From a virus (taxonomy: Duplodnaviria > Heunggongvirae > Uroviricota > Caudoviricetes), in the IMG/VR virus record IMGVR_UViG_3300037466_001997, positions 1-64,000 of that record: 64,000 bases of DNA. One strand, 5' to 3'. The stretch's first letter is position 1. Each line of letters starts with the position of its first letter. The translations under genes and the position numbers were made by a program. Positions 9,024 to 17,513 of the stretch are shown in pieces. The notes beneath the pieces are model-generated. The model was not told the origin of the DNA and made no database searches. It saw nothing but the letters and a program-made list of their open reading frames with translations.

Positions 9024-9445
9024 GACTGCATTTTCCTAAACTCAAGATCGATTTCGTGTGTCGGCCTATTCCAATCGAAAGACGGCATACCGGCAAGATG
9101 TTTATCGCCGTTATCTTCTCGAAATCGCCAACTTGGATGATCCCAACGAATCAATATGTCGGTATCGTGATCGCTGGAATTTTCTTCGAAAAATTTGATA
9201 GCGGCTTTTTCCACATCATCCGTTGTGTTGAAACGAATCGTCGTGTCGCCAGCTTCCCATGGGTAATCACCAACGCCGTCTTTTTGGGACAAGTATTCCG
9301 CTTCTACAGCATCAATCTCTCGGCGCAATTCACGTTGTTCACCAAAGCCATTCCTGCCTTGACCATTACAAATTCTAATATTTCCGTAGTAGTGTTCACC
9401 ACCAATAGCAGAGCGATAGTGAGAAATTGACAAAATATACAGCAT
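9020..9445 (-). CDS. hypothetical protein
   Basis: 141-aa ORF. Confidence 0.55.
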   Translation of the reverse strand: MLYILSISHYRSAIGGEHYYGNIRICNGQGRNGFGEQRELRREIDAVEAEYLSQKDGVGDYPWEAGDTTIRFNTTDDVEKAAIKFFEENSSDHDTDILIRWDHPSWRFREDNGDKHLAGMPSFDWNRPTHEIDLEFRKMQS

Positions 9446-9460
9446 TTTCCCCTCGAAAAT

Positions 9461-9492
9461 TTTGGGGTTCCAACTTTCGCCAGAACCCCAAT
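9461..9492 (-). terminator. hairpin GGGGTTC..GAACCCC plus T-run on minus strand
   Basis: Downstream of the 9505..9918 gene. Confidence 0.45.
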
Positions 9493-9504
9493 GGTTCAGC
9501 GAAA

Positions 9505-9918
9505 TCAGCCGATCTTGCGAACGGCTTCCGGACGCTGCACAGGCTTGGTGGCGGCATCCTGCATCATCTGCATATCTGCCGTCATCTTGGCCATGCTGGT
9601 TTCCAGCGTTCCGATACGCCCAAAGGCATCGTCCAGCCGCTGCATCAACGCCTGATACGCTTCCTGTGTCAGTTTGGGAGCCTTCACCTTGGTAGAATAG
9701 TTGCCGAAAATCTGGCGGCGATTGTATGCCACCGTACCTTCGTTCATCTTGAATTCGGCGGCGATCTTGGCGTCATTCCATCCGGCTTTGTAGTCCGCCG
9801 TGTGGTTTTCCGCATTGATGTTCATCACCGATTCGAGACGATTTGCCAACTTGTGGCGTTCACGCATCGTCAGACGATTGATGGTTTTTTCTGCCTTTGG
9901 CTTGGTAGCTGTTGCCAT
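9505..9918 (-). CDS. hypothetical protein
   Basis: 137-aa ORF under promoter 9964-9993. Confidence 0.55.
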   Translation of the reverse strand: MATATKPKAEKTINRLTMRERHKLANRLESVMNINAENHTADYKAGWNDAKIAAEFKMNEGTVAYNRRQIFGNYSTKVKAPKLTQEAYQALMQRLDDAFGRIGTLETSMAKMTADMQMMQDAATKPVQRPEAVRKIG

Positions 9919-9963
9919 GTTCTCATGTTCTCCGGTGTCTGGAAGGTTGGTATTTACAATTTC

Positions 9964-9993
9964 CGAATATAATCAATAAATTCGGTATGTCAA
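9964..9993 (-). promoter_or_regulatory. sigma70-like promoter TTGACA-16-TATATT (cassette copy)
   Basis: ccgaatataatcaataaattcggtatgtcaa. Confidence 0.55.
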
Positions 9994-9994
9994 T

Positions 9995-10022
9995 AGAAAA
10001 AGGCCGGGAGTGAACCCGGCCA
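9995..10022 (-). terminator. rho-independent terminator GGCCGGG-TTCACT-CCCGGCC plus TTTTT
   Basis: Directly after the stop of the 10035..11000 gene. Confidence 0.6.
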
Positions 10023-10034
10023 ATTCGTTAATTT

Positions 10035-11000
10035 TTAAGCCTTTTCGGCATATTCCAGAGCAAGGTTCATGGCCTTGATCTTGAGAGTCTTGCCAGTGCC
10101 GAACCAAGCCTTGTTCAGGCGGGTTTCCGGCGTCCTGCCAAGCCTGTGGTCAGTCAGGAAGGTAACGGCATTGTAAGCCTGCCACCATGATCCTTCACCC
10201 AGTTCAGCGCCCGGCTGTGTTTCCAGCGTTTCGTAAGCCAGCACGGCATTTCGATGCTGTTTCTTTTCCTCGCCTTCCTCGACCTTGGCAACCGATGGGA
10301 AAAGCTGACCGAAGTATTCCTTGACCAAATCCTTTTTGTATTTCTTGGTCACCAGAAATTCAGCCCGTTCCCGATACTCGACCATGTTTTCGTGAGCGGC
10401 GAACATGGCTTCCTTCACCACTTCCGGATCGAACTTGGTAGAGTGCGAAACCTTCACCATGCGGGCCGATGCCTTCTGCAAGGCCATGGTGAGCGTGTTG
10501 TTGCACACCACACGAACCGCCGTTTGGTCCACACCGATTGACCAGCCATAGTCATGCGGGTTGTGAAGCAGAAGATAGTTTTCGATCACATCCTCGCCTT
10601 TGCCCTTGAAACGGAGCCGGAACTTTTCCTTGGTCTTGGCCAGTGCCCATACCCGCTTGCCATTCTGCAAAGAGCCTGCGGTGTGCATTTCCATTTCGCC
10701 CGCTTCGACAAATTCACAGAAGAACTGGAATGCATCCTTGTTCTGCAAAGGCTGCCAGTCGTCGGGCACGAACGTCAGGATGGAATTGTCGGAATCCCGC
10801 AACAGAGCGGTGTAGGTCGTCTTTCGAAGATCGAAGCCGTCTTCATCCTGTTTGAGATAGAGCGGATGCTTTGAAACGGTCCAATCCAGACCAGCCGCTT
10901 TCAGCATCTGATCCGGCGTCAAATCATTTGATACCGGCCTGCCCAAGCCATGCCACGGCGTTTCGCCTGCATAAGCCATCGTTTCAACGTTGTGTGCCAT
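10035..11000 (-). CDS. DUF932 / TIGR03299-like phage/plasmid-related protein
   Basis: N-terminus MAHNVETMAYAGETPWHGLG matches the conserved start of this family. AAAGGGAAA RBS. Confidence 0.6.
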   Translation of the reverse strand: MAHNVETMAYAGETPWHGLGRPVSNDLTPDQMLKAAGLDWTVSKHPLYLKQDEDGFDLRKTTYTALLRDSDNSILTFVPDDWQPLQNKDAFQFFCEFVEAGEMEMHTAGSLQNGKRVWALAKTKEKFRLRFKGKGEDVIENYLLLHNPHDYGWSIGVDQTAVRVVCNNTLTMALQKASARMVKVSHSTKFDPEVVKEAMFAAHENMVEYRERAEFLVTKKYKKDLVKEYFGQLFPSVAKVEEGEEKKQHRNAVLAYETLETQPGAELGEGSWWQAYNAVTFLTDHRLGRTPETRLNKAWFGTGKTLKIKAMNLALEYAEKA

Positions 11001-11036
11001 GCGATTTCCCTTTCGTTTCAGAGACTTAATGCCTCT

Positions 11037-11064
11037 TAGATAATCGAATTATTTTATTTGTCAA
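11037..11064 (-). promoter_or_regulatory. weaker promoter TTGACA-16-TATCTA for the DUF932 gene
   Basis: tagataatcgaattattttatttgtcaa. Confidence 0.3.
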
Positions 11065-11104
11065 GCACGAAAATGAAATCATTTGATTTTTTTCGAAAAA
11101 AAGT

Positions 11105-11160
11105 TGTGTTGACGGGGTTGACCACAAGTGTTGAAGGGGGTATCAACACCGCCACCACGA
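11105..11160 (+). promoter_or_regulatory. divergent regulatory region with inverted repeat GTGTTGA..TCAACAC and TTGAC repeats; possible plus-strand promoter
   Basis: gtgttgacggggttgaccacaagtgttgaagggggtatcaacac. Confidence 0.3.
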
Positions 11161-11190
11161 CAAAGGGTCGTGTGTTTTCAAGGAGTTAAC

Positions 11191-11514
11191 ATGACTGCTA
11201 AGATGAATGACGCCACGTTGGCGGCAGCAATGGCCGACTTTGCGATTGCCATGATGGCGATGGCTGATGTGAAGAAGAAGGCCGAAACGGCGTTGAACAC
11301 GATGAACCAGATCATCGGTCCGACTCTGAAACTCACCAACGAAAACGGGTGGTTGACGGAAGCCGGGCGGGCTGCATTGAGCAATTATTGGATGGCTGGA
11401 GTCCCGGCTACCGTGGCAGCGAAGATGATCGGCATTTCTGGCGGCGGCGCATGGCGCTGGTACAACCGCTGGAATAAGGAATGGAACGAACAGAACAAGG
11501 AAGCTTCGGCCTAG
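11191..11514 (+). CDS. hypothetical small protein with possible HTH (GVPATVAAKMIGISGGGAW)
   Basis: ATG at 11191 is preceded by perfect AAGGAG. Track ORF starts earlier at 11128. Confidence 0.5.
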   Translation: MTAKMNDATLAAAMADFAIAMMAMADVKKKAETALNTMNQIIGPTLKLTNENGWLTEAGRAALSNYWMAGVPATVAAKMIGISGGGAWRWYNRWNKEWNEQNKEASA

Positions 11515-11520
11515 TACAAA

Positions 11521-11553
11521 CAAAAAAAGACCCGGTTCAGAGGGAACCGGGCC
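11521..11553 (-). terminator. minus-strand terminator
   Basis: CCCGGTTC-AGAG-GGAACCGGG followed by T7 on minus strand. Confidence 0.5.
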
Positions 11554-11564
11554 AGAAAGTCACA

Positions 11565-11604
11565 GAAGCCGTGTGACGGACCAAAGTCACACGGCTATTT
11601 TTCT
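11565..11604 (+). terminator. plus-strand terminator
   Basis: AGCCGTGTGAC..GTCACACGGCT followed by ATTTTTCT. Confidence 0.5.
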
Positions 11605-11624
11605 ATCCGACAGTTTGAGCCTTG

Positions 11625-11996
11625 TCAACGGAAAGAAGCAAACTTCCAGCAAAAATTGGCCAGCCGAACGAATGAAGATCGCTGTTGCTTGGCCTTGGTT
11701 TCGAACACTTCCGAACCAGCCTGAGTGGACTCCACAATCTGAACGATCAGTCGGGCACTGTTCAAATCGACCAGAAGCGGTTCATAACCGGAAAAATTTT
11801 CAAAAAACTGAAAATTTCCTTTGGCGTCGAATTTTCCTTCGTTTTCCCAGACCAGATAGCCATGGCCGGTCCAGTTTTTCAGAAGGTCCAGACTTGGAAA
11901 ATGGCAGTTCTTCCATTTCTTGCCGACTGCCACTTGCATATCTCGATTTTCTTCAAGATACGTGCCGTACTCGACAGGATCAAGAACTTCTGTCAT
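11625..11996 (-). CDS. hypothetical protein (internal ATG with AAGGAAAAG RBS preferred over track TTG start at 12077)
   Basis: Protein-like C-terminal 123 aa. Confidence 0.5.
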   Translation of the reverse strand: MTEVLDPVEYGTYLEENRDMQVAVGKKWKNCHFPSLDLLKNWTGHGYLVWENEGKFDAKGNFQFFENFSGYEPLLVDLNSARLIVQIVESTQAGSEVFETKAKQQRSSFVRLANFCWKFASFR

Positions 11997-12126
11997 TTTG
12001 CTTTTCCTTGCGAGCCTCGGCGTCTTTGGCGTCTTCACGATCATAAAATTTGACCATTTCTGCCCGAAATTCTTCAAGGCTTATCCAGCCACGAACGTAC
12101 CGATTCCTAATCTGTTCCTCGGTCAT
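11980..12126 (-). CDS. hypothetical 48-aa protein (MTEEQIRNRYVRGWISLEEFRAEMVKFYD...)
   Basis: ATGA start/stop overlap with upstream gene. Found manually. Confidence 0.3.
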   Translation of the reverse strand: MTEEQIRNRYVRGWISLEEFRAEMVKFYDREDAKDAEARKEKQNDRSS

Positions 12127-12326
12127 TCTTCGTCATCCTTGAAGGTGGCATCCCATTCCTCTGGTGTGATGCCAGATTTGTAGAATTCTCGTTCTGCATT
12201 AGACAGATTCGGGAAGGCATTCTGTAGCAGAACGCCAGAATTGTATGCAGCAATCTGCATTAGCGTGATCGGCAGGAACATGGTGTGGACCTTGCCGGAA
12301 ATCATGGATTTGCGAGTGACTAACAT
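12123..12326 (-). CDS. hypothetical protein, 67 aa
   Basis: ORF. Confidence 0.45.
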   Translation of the reverse strand: MLVTRKSMISGKVHTMFLPITLMQIAAYNSGVLLQNAFPNLSNAEREFYKSGITPEEWDATFKDDEE

Positions 12327-12619
12327 CAGTAATACTCCACCAGCTTGGCCTTGATGACCGTGCTAGTCTTGTTCTTGAACGACCAAACCGAAATGCAATC
12401 CGGAAGTTCCGCATAGGGATGCTTTTCAGCGATGGTCACTTCGTTCTTGCTGAACGCCAATCCCATCTTGGTCTTAACATCCTTCTTGATCTTCACCAGC
12501 ACATAATCATTGAACTTGCCCGCATACTGGGGATACTGCGCCATCGAAGCCGCTGCATCGGACTTCAAACTTTCAAGAACATGATCAAGCACGGGAAAAC
12601 CTTTCATTTCCAGAACCAC
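12326..12619 (-). CDS. hypothetical protein, 97 aa
   Basis: ORF under promoter 12627-12654. Confidence 0.55.
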   Translation of the reverse strand: MVLEMKGFPVLDHVLESLKSDAAASMAQYPQYAGKFNDYVLVKIKKDVKTKMGLAFSKNEVTIAEKHPYAELPDCISVWSFKNKTSTVIKAKLVEYY

Positions 12620-12626
12620 ATTCTCT

Positions 12627-12654
12627 ACATATGCTAGCTATTAGATAATGTCAA
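12627..12654 (-). promoter_or_regulatory. promoter-like TTGACA-16-TATGTA
   Basis: tacatatgctagctattagataatgtcaa. Confidence 0.4.
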
Positions 12655-13221
12655 GCCCATTCTAGCACGTGTTTCATCCATGGCGTTCATGGCCGATGTG
12701 AAAGCATATAGATTGTAGTTTGCCTTGTGCTTTTTGGCACTCTTGCTGGTTTTGCCGGTTTTCAGATTTTTATGTTCCCCGCCGTCAAGCACCCAGTAAG
12801 CCTCTGCCATCATATTCCAATATCTGCGACCACGCTTTTCGTGGCAAGTTCCGGTTTTAGCGAGAATGCCAAACTTGGAATTTAGATGATTTTTGACGAT
12901 TTCATGAAACAATTCGAATTCCTTGGAACCCCGCTTGTTGTTGCATCGGGCACAAGAGATTTTCAAATTGTCGAGAATGTCTTTCCCGCCATGGGATTTA
13001 GGAACAACATGTTCCCTTGTTGCCAGCAATCCACTGATGCAATGTGCGGAATCAAGAAACATTTTGCGTTTACAGAAGCAACATAAGCCTCTCTGTTGAA
13101 GGTATAGCCTTCTCTTACGCTTGTGCTTTCGAGCCTGTTTCTTGTCACCCTCGGCTCTTAACTGGGCAACTCTGGCTTTATTCGCTAGCAGGCTTTTCCG
13201 GTACGAAAACGGTTGGGTCAT
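12634..13221 (-). CDS. HNH homing endonuclease (track ORF 12634..13422; start probably internal at MTQPFSYRK)
   Basis: CCFCKRKM...REHVVPKSHGGKDILDNLKISCARCNNKRG is an HNH motif. Confidence 0.7.
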   Translation of the reverse strand: MTQPFSYRKSLLANKARVAQLRAEGDKKQARKHKRKRRLYLQQRGLCCFCKRKMFLDSAHCISGLLATREHVVPKSHGGKDILDNLKISCARCNNKRGSKEFELFHEIVKNHLNSKFGILAKTGTCHEKRGRRYWNMMAEAYWVLDGGEHKNLKTGKTSKSAKKHKANYNLYAFTSAMNAMDETRARMGLTLSNS

Positions 13222-13531
13222 TATCGCTCTGTTTATATCGCATAAAATGTAGGATAGCTTTGGTCGGCTGAATACCAAAATGAGTGTCGAATTTACCTCT
13301 GGCCCGGAATACTTGTTGCAATGTCGATAGTGAGTTTCTGTCGTTGGTGTCTTGCCAGAGCGCTTCAATGGCCTTGTCCAAGAGCGCATTAAAATCTGAT
13401 GTGATGGCAGCGTACCGATCATTATCAGTTACGTCACTGACCATGGCCCAATACTCTGCTTCTGCCTTTTGCACTTCCGGCAAAATGGCTAGCGTATGTT
13501 CCCAAGTCAACTCTCTTACCATCATGTTCAT
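13178..13531 (-). CDS. hypothetical protein
   Basis: 117-aa ORF. Confidence 0.55.
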   Translation of the reverse strand: MNMMVRELTWEHTLAILPEVQKAEAEYWAMVSDVTDNDRYAAITSDFNALLDKAIEALWQDTNDRNSLSTLQQVFRARGKFDTHFGIQPTKAILHFMRYKQSDNDPTVFVPEKPASE

Positions 13532-13574
13532 GTCCTAGCTCCGGTTCCCGAACCATACCCCTTTCCATATAGAT

Positions 13575-13602
13575 CATATAGGCTAACTTATTGAAATGTC
13601 AA
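13575..13602 (-). promoter_or_regulatory. sigma70-like promoter TTGACA-16-TATATG
   Basis: catataggctaacttattgaaatgtcaa. Confidence 0.5.
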
Positions 13603-13604
13603 TA

Positions 13605-13633
13605 GTAAAAGAAAAAGGGGCACTAGGCCCCTT
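13605..13633 (-). terminator. rho-independent terminator
   Basis: AGGGGCACTAGGCCCCT followed by TTTTTCTTTT on minus strand. Confidence 0.5.
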
Positions 13634-13650
13634 TACCTACGTCTTTCGAC

Positions 13651-13911
13651 TTAGGCCATTCCGATTGCCGCCTTATAAAGGTCGAGGATGCTTTCTTCCT
13701 CTTGGCGTTCAGCCTGATCTTTCTTGCGCAGACGAATGATCGTTCGAATGGCCTTGGTGTCAAACCCGGTTCCCTTGGCCTCGGCGTAAACGTCCTTAAT
13801 GTCCTCTGCAATCGTAGTCTTTTCTTCTTCCAAGCGCTCGATACGTTCGATGAGCGCCTTAAGCTGGCCAGCAGCTACGGTCTGGCTGGTTTCTGTAGCG
13901 GTATCTGTCAA
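13651..13911 (-). CDS. gapR: GapR-like nucleoid-associated protein (DUF2312/UPF0335)
   Basis: [49 protein letters not shown] is near-identical in pattern to Caulobacter GapR. TTG start after GAGGAA RBS. Confidence 0.8.
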   Translation of the reverse strand: MTDTATETSQTVAAGQLKALIERIERLEEEKTTIAEDIKDVYAEAKGTGFDTKAIRTIIRLRKKDQAERQEEESILDLYKAAIGMA

Positions 13912-14063
13912 TTATTCCTCAATGATTCTCTGGCTATTCGATAGATATCAGAGCGTGAAATTCCGATGTCTGATAGTTCCTTGTTCGAAAGGCCGCTTAA
14001 TTCGTTAACTGTTTGTCTGTAAATGCTGCGATATTTCAGGTAATTCTTGATTCTGTTAATCAT
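13908..14063 (-). CDS. DUF1127 small protein ([46 protein letters not shown]...)
   Basis: [15 protein letters not shown] motif typical of alphaproteobacterial DUF1127 (YjiS-like). 51 aa, below track cutoff. Confidence 0.55.
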   Translation of the reverse strand: MINRIKNYLKYRSIYRQTVNELSGLSNKELSDIGISRSDIYRIARESLRNN

Positions 14064-14146
14064 GTAGTTGTTTATCTCTTAGTGTTGCGATGCACTATAT
14101 TTACACTGCACTGCAACATGAGTCAAACTACATTTGTGCATAGCTC

Positions 14147-14764
14147 CTATGTTCTATTTTTAATTTGTTCAATAGCGGAATGAAGTGGACTACTCTTGCC
14201 AATGATATCCCAATGATCAAGATTGGCAGTGCGCCACGATTTAAATTTGTTGTTGGCGCTCAAACCATCGGTAATTCCTCTACCCATGGCACGGATAGAG
14301 TTTTCAGGTGAAATGCCACCAACACCAGTTCCCATTCCCGAGAAACAGATTGAAACGATACCTTGCCACACAGCCTCACGGATTGCGGCACGTGTCGCTA
14401 GATAGACATTAGAGGCATCCGGCAAACGCATTGGAACACGCATGGTTGGTGCTACAACTAGATAGGGAATTGTTTTGTGGGTTGATTCCACGACCAATGC
14501 ATTCCCCACCAGCAATTCATTGAATTCCGTACATGCTGCGATTCCGTCCTGTACAATGTTTTGGATGTTTGGCATGTTTTCGGCAAAGTGATAATCAATA
14601 CCACCATCCATGAAGCCGAAGCTGTTGGCCGGGCTAACAACGGCATCAACCGGCGTATCCAAGGGAGAACCGATCCCTATATCAACTTCGGCTTTAAGGA
14701 AATCTTCGTTTGTTGCCGCTCTATCAACCAATGCCTGATTGCGATCACGAAAATAAATTTTCAT
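14147..14764 (-). CDS. macro domain protein (ADP-ribose binding/processing)
   Basis: VVSPANSFGFMDGGID and CFSGMGTGVGGISPE match the macrodomain NAAN..GGGVD and G-I-Y-G signature regions. Confidence 0.7.
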   Translation of the reverse strand: MKIYFRDRNQALVDRAATNEDFLKAEVDIGIGSPLDTPVDAVVSPANSFGFMDGGIDYHFAENMPNIQNIVQDGIAACTEFNELLVGNALVVESTHKTIPYLVVAPTMRVPMRLPDASNVYLATRAAIREAVWQGIVSICFSGMGTGVGGISPENSIRAMGRGITDGLSANNKFKSWRTANLDHWDIIGKSSPLHSAIEQIKNRT

Positions 14765-14962
14765 TTAATACCTTGGATAAAAAGATTGCATTGAAATGGG
14801 TGCACCCACGATCATTGTACAGCGGATGCAATGGTGAAGGTCTTCTTCATGGGAATATAAAGAAGCCGGGATAAAACTATTCGACGTTTTTGAAGATGGC
14901 CGCATGAACTTACCGCAATTGTGGCACTGAATCTGGTTAGAACACCGAATAAAACGACGCAT
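14765..14962 (-). CDS. small Cys-containing ORF, possible zinc ribbon (CHNCGKF...CIRC)
   Basis: 65-aa ORF; weak support. Confidence 0.3.
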   Translation of the reverse strand: MRRFIRCSNQIQCHNCGKFMRPSSKTSNSFIPASLYSHEEDLHHCIRCTMIVGAPISMQSFYPRY

Positions 14963-15043
14963 TTAGAAAAACTCCTGCTTTTAGTGGAAGCAAGAGTAGA
15001 TCATATAGATACTTATGTCAAGTTGTATTTTTGCACTATACTT

Positions 15044-15553
15044 TTATACATCTAGATCAATTATGTTATTATGTTTGATATTGAAGATATCTAGAGCTTT
15101 AAAATATTCTTTGATAGTCAAACCATCGTCATATTTCGTCAGAATCAAACGTTCATTGCTGAATGTGAAGGCGAAATCGTCAAAACAAATCCAGTCGCAT
15201 TCTTCATCCCGAGCAAGGTTCCCGGCAATCCACTCATTGATGGCATCATACCGGTTTCCCCAGTCCACCTTGCCATATGTGGTGCGCCAGTTTTTGTGGA
15301 ACAGTTCCTCTGGAAACCCAGAATTGATCATGGCTGAACGAAGGCTGGAAGCCGGAAAATGTGGGTAGCCTTCGTCTTCCAAATAATTGTGGCTGGTATT
15401 CATCACCACCTTGGAACCCGTCTTCTTGGCGAGATTTGCCAAGATGGCCAGAGCCGATGGTGAGAAAACACGCTTGAAGGCGGCGTTACGGTCTACAAAA
15501 AACATCGATCCGGGGATAAGCACCCCGTCAACGTCACAAAAAATAATTCTCAT
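15044..15553 (-). CDS. HAD-superfamily hydrolase (phosphatase/nucleotidase)
   Basis: MRIIFCDVDGVL motif I. Start at internal ATG with GGAAAAG RBS. Confidence 0.65.
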   Translation of the reverse strand: MRIIFCDVDGVLIPGSMFFVDRNAAFKRVFSPSALAILANLAKKTGSKVVMNTSHNYLEDEGYPHFPASSLRSAMINSGFPEELFHKNWRTTYGKVDWGNRYDAINEWIAGNLARDEECDWICFDDFAFTFSNERLILTKYDDGLTIKEYFKALDIFNIKHNNIIDLDV

Positions 15554-15791
15554 CACTTTTCCATCTTTCCTTCCATGCTTCCTCATCAATCCGCTGTGAA
15601 ATCAAAAGGGCTTCCACTGCGGCTTGTGCGCATTCTTTTTCATAGTCAGTGTTAGGGAAAATTTTCCCCGCTCTATAGCATGTTTCGACTCGATCAGTGG
15701 CGATATCGAAACATCGCTTGCGTTCATCGGCAACACCTTTGTCATATGCGCTTTGTGTCAATTTAACTAAATCAGACTCTTTTTCAGTCAT
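15534..15791 (-). CDS. hypothetical protein, 85 aa
   Basis: ORF. Confidence 0.5.
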   Translation of the reverse strand: MTEKESDLVKLTQSAYDKGVADERKRCFDIATDRVETCYRAGKIFPNTDYEKECAQAAVEALLISQRIDEEAWKERWKSDENYFL

Positions 15792-16258
15792 GCGAACATC
15801 CTAATTTCATGGCGTTCTGCCATTATAATTTTTCCGAGTTTATTCTTGCCAACACCATTGCAGACTCCCCAATAGGTGTCGCCCCATGTGTTGCCTTCAA
15901 TCAATTCGGCATCGTCGGTTGCCAGAAGCTTTTCCCGCATATCGGGAGCTTTGTATTTTATCTTTGTGAGACGTGCCATAACAGGGTCTCTGATTATGTC
16001 CCAGTTTCGACGAAGCTCAATCGTCTGGCCCCACGCTTTAACCTCTGATGGTTTAGCGTGTAGAAACGGAACATCGCCCCTTTTGAACGTCTTCACCGTC
16101 ATGTATTTGACTAGATGCAGCGTGACTTCGGCATTTGGCAGTTTATAGAACTGGTAGCCATGCTCCACCGTTGGCCAGATGACTTCACCATCTGGTACGG
16201 GCGAATACCAGAAATTGGATAGCCAGCGATATTCGCCGGAAAAACTATCAATCTTCAT
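15788..16258 (-). CDS. NADAR (YbiA/DUF1768) domain protein
   Basis: FSGEYRWLSNF...VEHGYQ...GDTYWGVCNGVGKNKLGKIIM matches NADAR family hallmarks. Confidence 0.75.
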   Translation of the reverse strand: MKIDSFSGEYRWLSNFWYSPVPDGEVIWPTVEHGYQFYKLPNAEVTLHLVKYMTVKTFKRGDVPFLHAKPSEVKAWGQTIELRRNWDIIRDPVMARLTKIKYKAPDMREKLLATDDAELIEGNTWGDTYWGVCNGVGKNKLGKIIMAERHEIRMFA

Positions 16259-17466
16259 GCGTCAGCCATGGTGTTGGTTTCGTCGGCGTTTCCGTGGAAC
16301 CAATGGGTAGCAGTTCGAACATGGTCCGCCCGCACATACTTCCCGACATTATTACGAAAATCTCGCCAACCGAAATTCCTCCGGTTTCGCATAACGAATC
16401 CTTCAACTCGTTCTGTGTCCATATTTTTAATGATGTCTTGGACGACTCGTTCGTCATAAATTCCCTCATACAGGACAGGCACTGATTTGATTCCGAGTAA
16501 GTTGAACCACTCTATCGTGTCGTCCCACGACAAGCATTCCAGACCATTCCAGACCGAAAAACCAAGGAAAAAAGAAGGAAGATTTCCATAGGCTATCGAG
16601 TGTTTGGCAAACAAATTTTCACCACAAACCCGCCAGTCTTCCGGCAAGTCATATGCAAAATTCTGTGCAAAATTTTTCGCCCAATCCCGTGACCAATGAT
16701 TGCGGCCATCGATGGAACGGGCGTGTAGATAACCATCCGAATAGATCGTTGTGTTTTCGCCGTCCATCTTTTCAGTGATAACCACTTGATTTCCCTCGAA
16801 AATCTGCATCGAAGAAATCATGCGGTCATCATCATTCATGCCGGGCGAAAACGGCAGATGGTAGGTTCTCGGATATTTCATGCGGTTGGTGTATAGGTCG
16901 AGAACACCACCTTCCCGCAAAATTTTTTGAACTGATTCGTCGCTGAACAATTCGCCACGGAGTCGCTGTCCGTTCTCTAGGACTATATCACCCCATTTGG
17001 TGTACACGACATCGGAATAGAAATGTTCGGGCAGGACCGGTTTGGTGATACCGGCATATTCACGAATTTGCTCTACCGATATAAGGGTCTTCTCGCACTC
17101 GATATGGTGAACACCGCAAACGGTAGCGCCATTGTCAAGGTAATAACCGCCATCAGCGAAAAGCCTTCGCTCTAGGATGTGATGTGCGTCTTGACCAACA
17201 CCACCACACACGACACATGCATGACGGTCCCTCGCAAAAACGCCTTCACGGAATTCATCCCTTGTTAACAGCTTTGACATGACTTTATCCAAAATAGATG
17301 GAAGGCGGATTTCTAGCGAATCAGAATGCCATCCTATCGCCGTACTTTCCGCCTTCCACTTCTTGTACTGGCATGTACAAGAAGGTTCTTTCGAGGAACG
17401 ATAAATCACCCACGACTCTATGTAGTGCCATGAGAGACATGGACATGTGTCGAACCCTCTAGACAA
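16255..17466 (-). CDS. fusion protein: N-terminal Cys cluster, HNH nuclease motif, ligase/capping-type nucleotidyltransferase domain (motif I KMDGEN)
   Basis: HACVVCGGVGQDAHHILER...CGVHH is HNH. KYPRTYHLPFSPG and TEKMDGENTTIY are the NTase motif I region. Track start is TTG; first in-frame ATG (MSKLLTRDEF) lies at about 17280. Confidence 0.55.
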   Translation of the reverse strand: MSRGFDTCPCLSWHYIESWVIYRSSKEPSCTCQYKKWKAESTAIGWHSDSLEIRLPSILDKVMSKLLTRDEFREGVFARDRHACVVCGGVGQDAHHILERRLFADGGYYLDNGATVCGVHHIECEKTLISVEQIREYAGITKPVLPEHFYSDVVYTKWGDIVLENGQRLRGELFSDESVQKILREGGVLDLYTNRMKYPRTYHLPFSPGMNDDDRMISSMQIFEGNQVVITEKMDGENTTIYSDGYLHARSIDGRNHWSRDWAKNFAQNFAYDLPEDWRVCGENLFAKHSIAYGNLPSFFLGFSVWNGLECLSWDDTIEWFNLLGIKSVPVLYEGIYDERVVQDIIKNMDTERVEGFVMRNRRNFGWRDFRNNVGKYVRADHVRTATHWFHGNADETNTMADA

Positions 17467-17513
17467 CTATTTGAGGCACTTTTTCGTTGTCCTTCCGTCA
17501 ATATGGCGGATAT

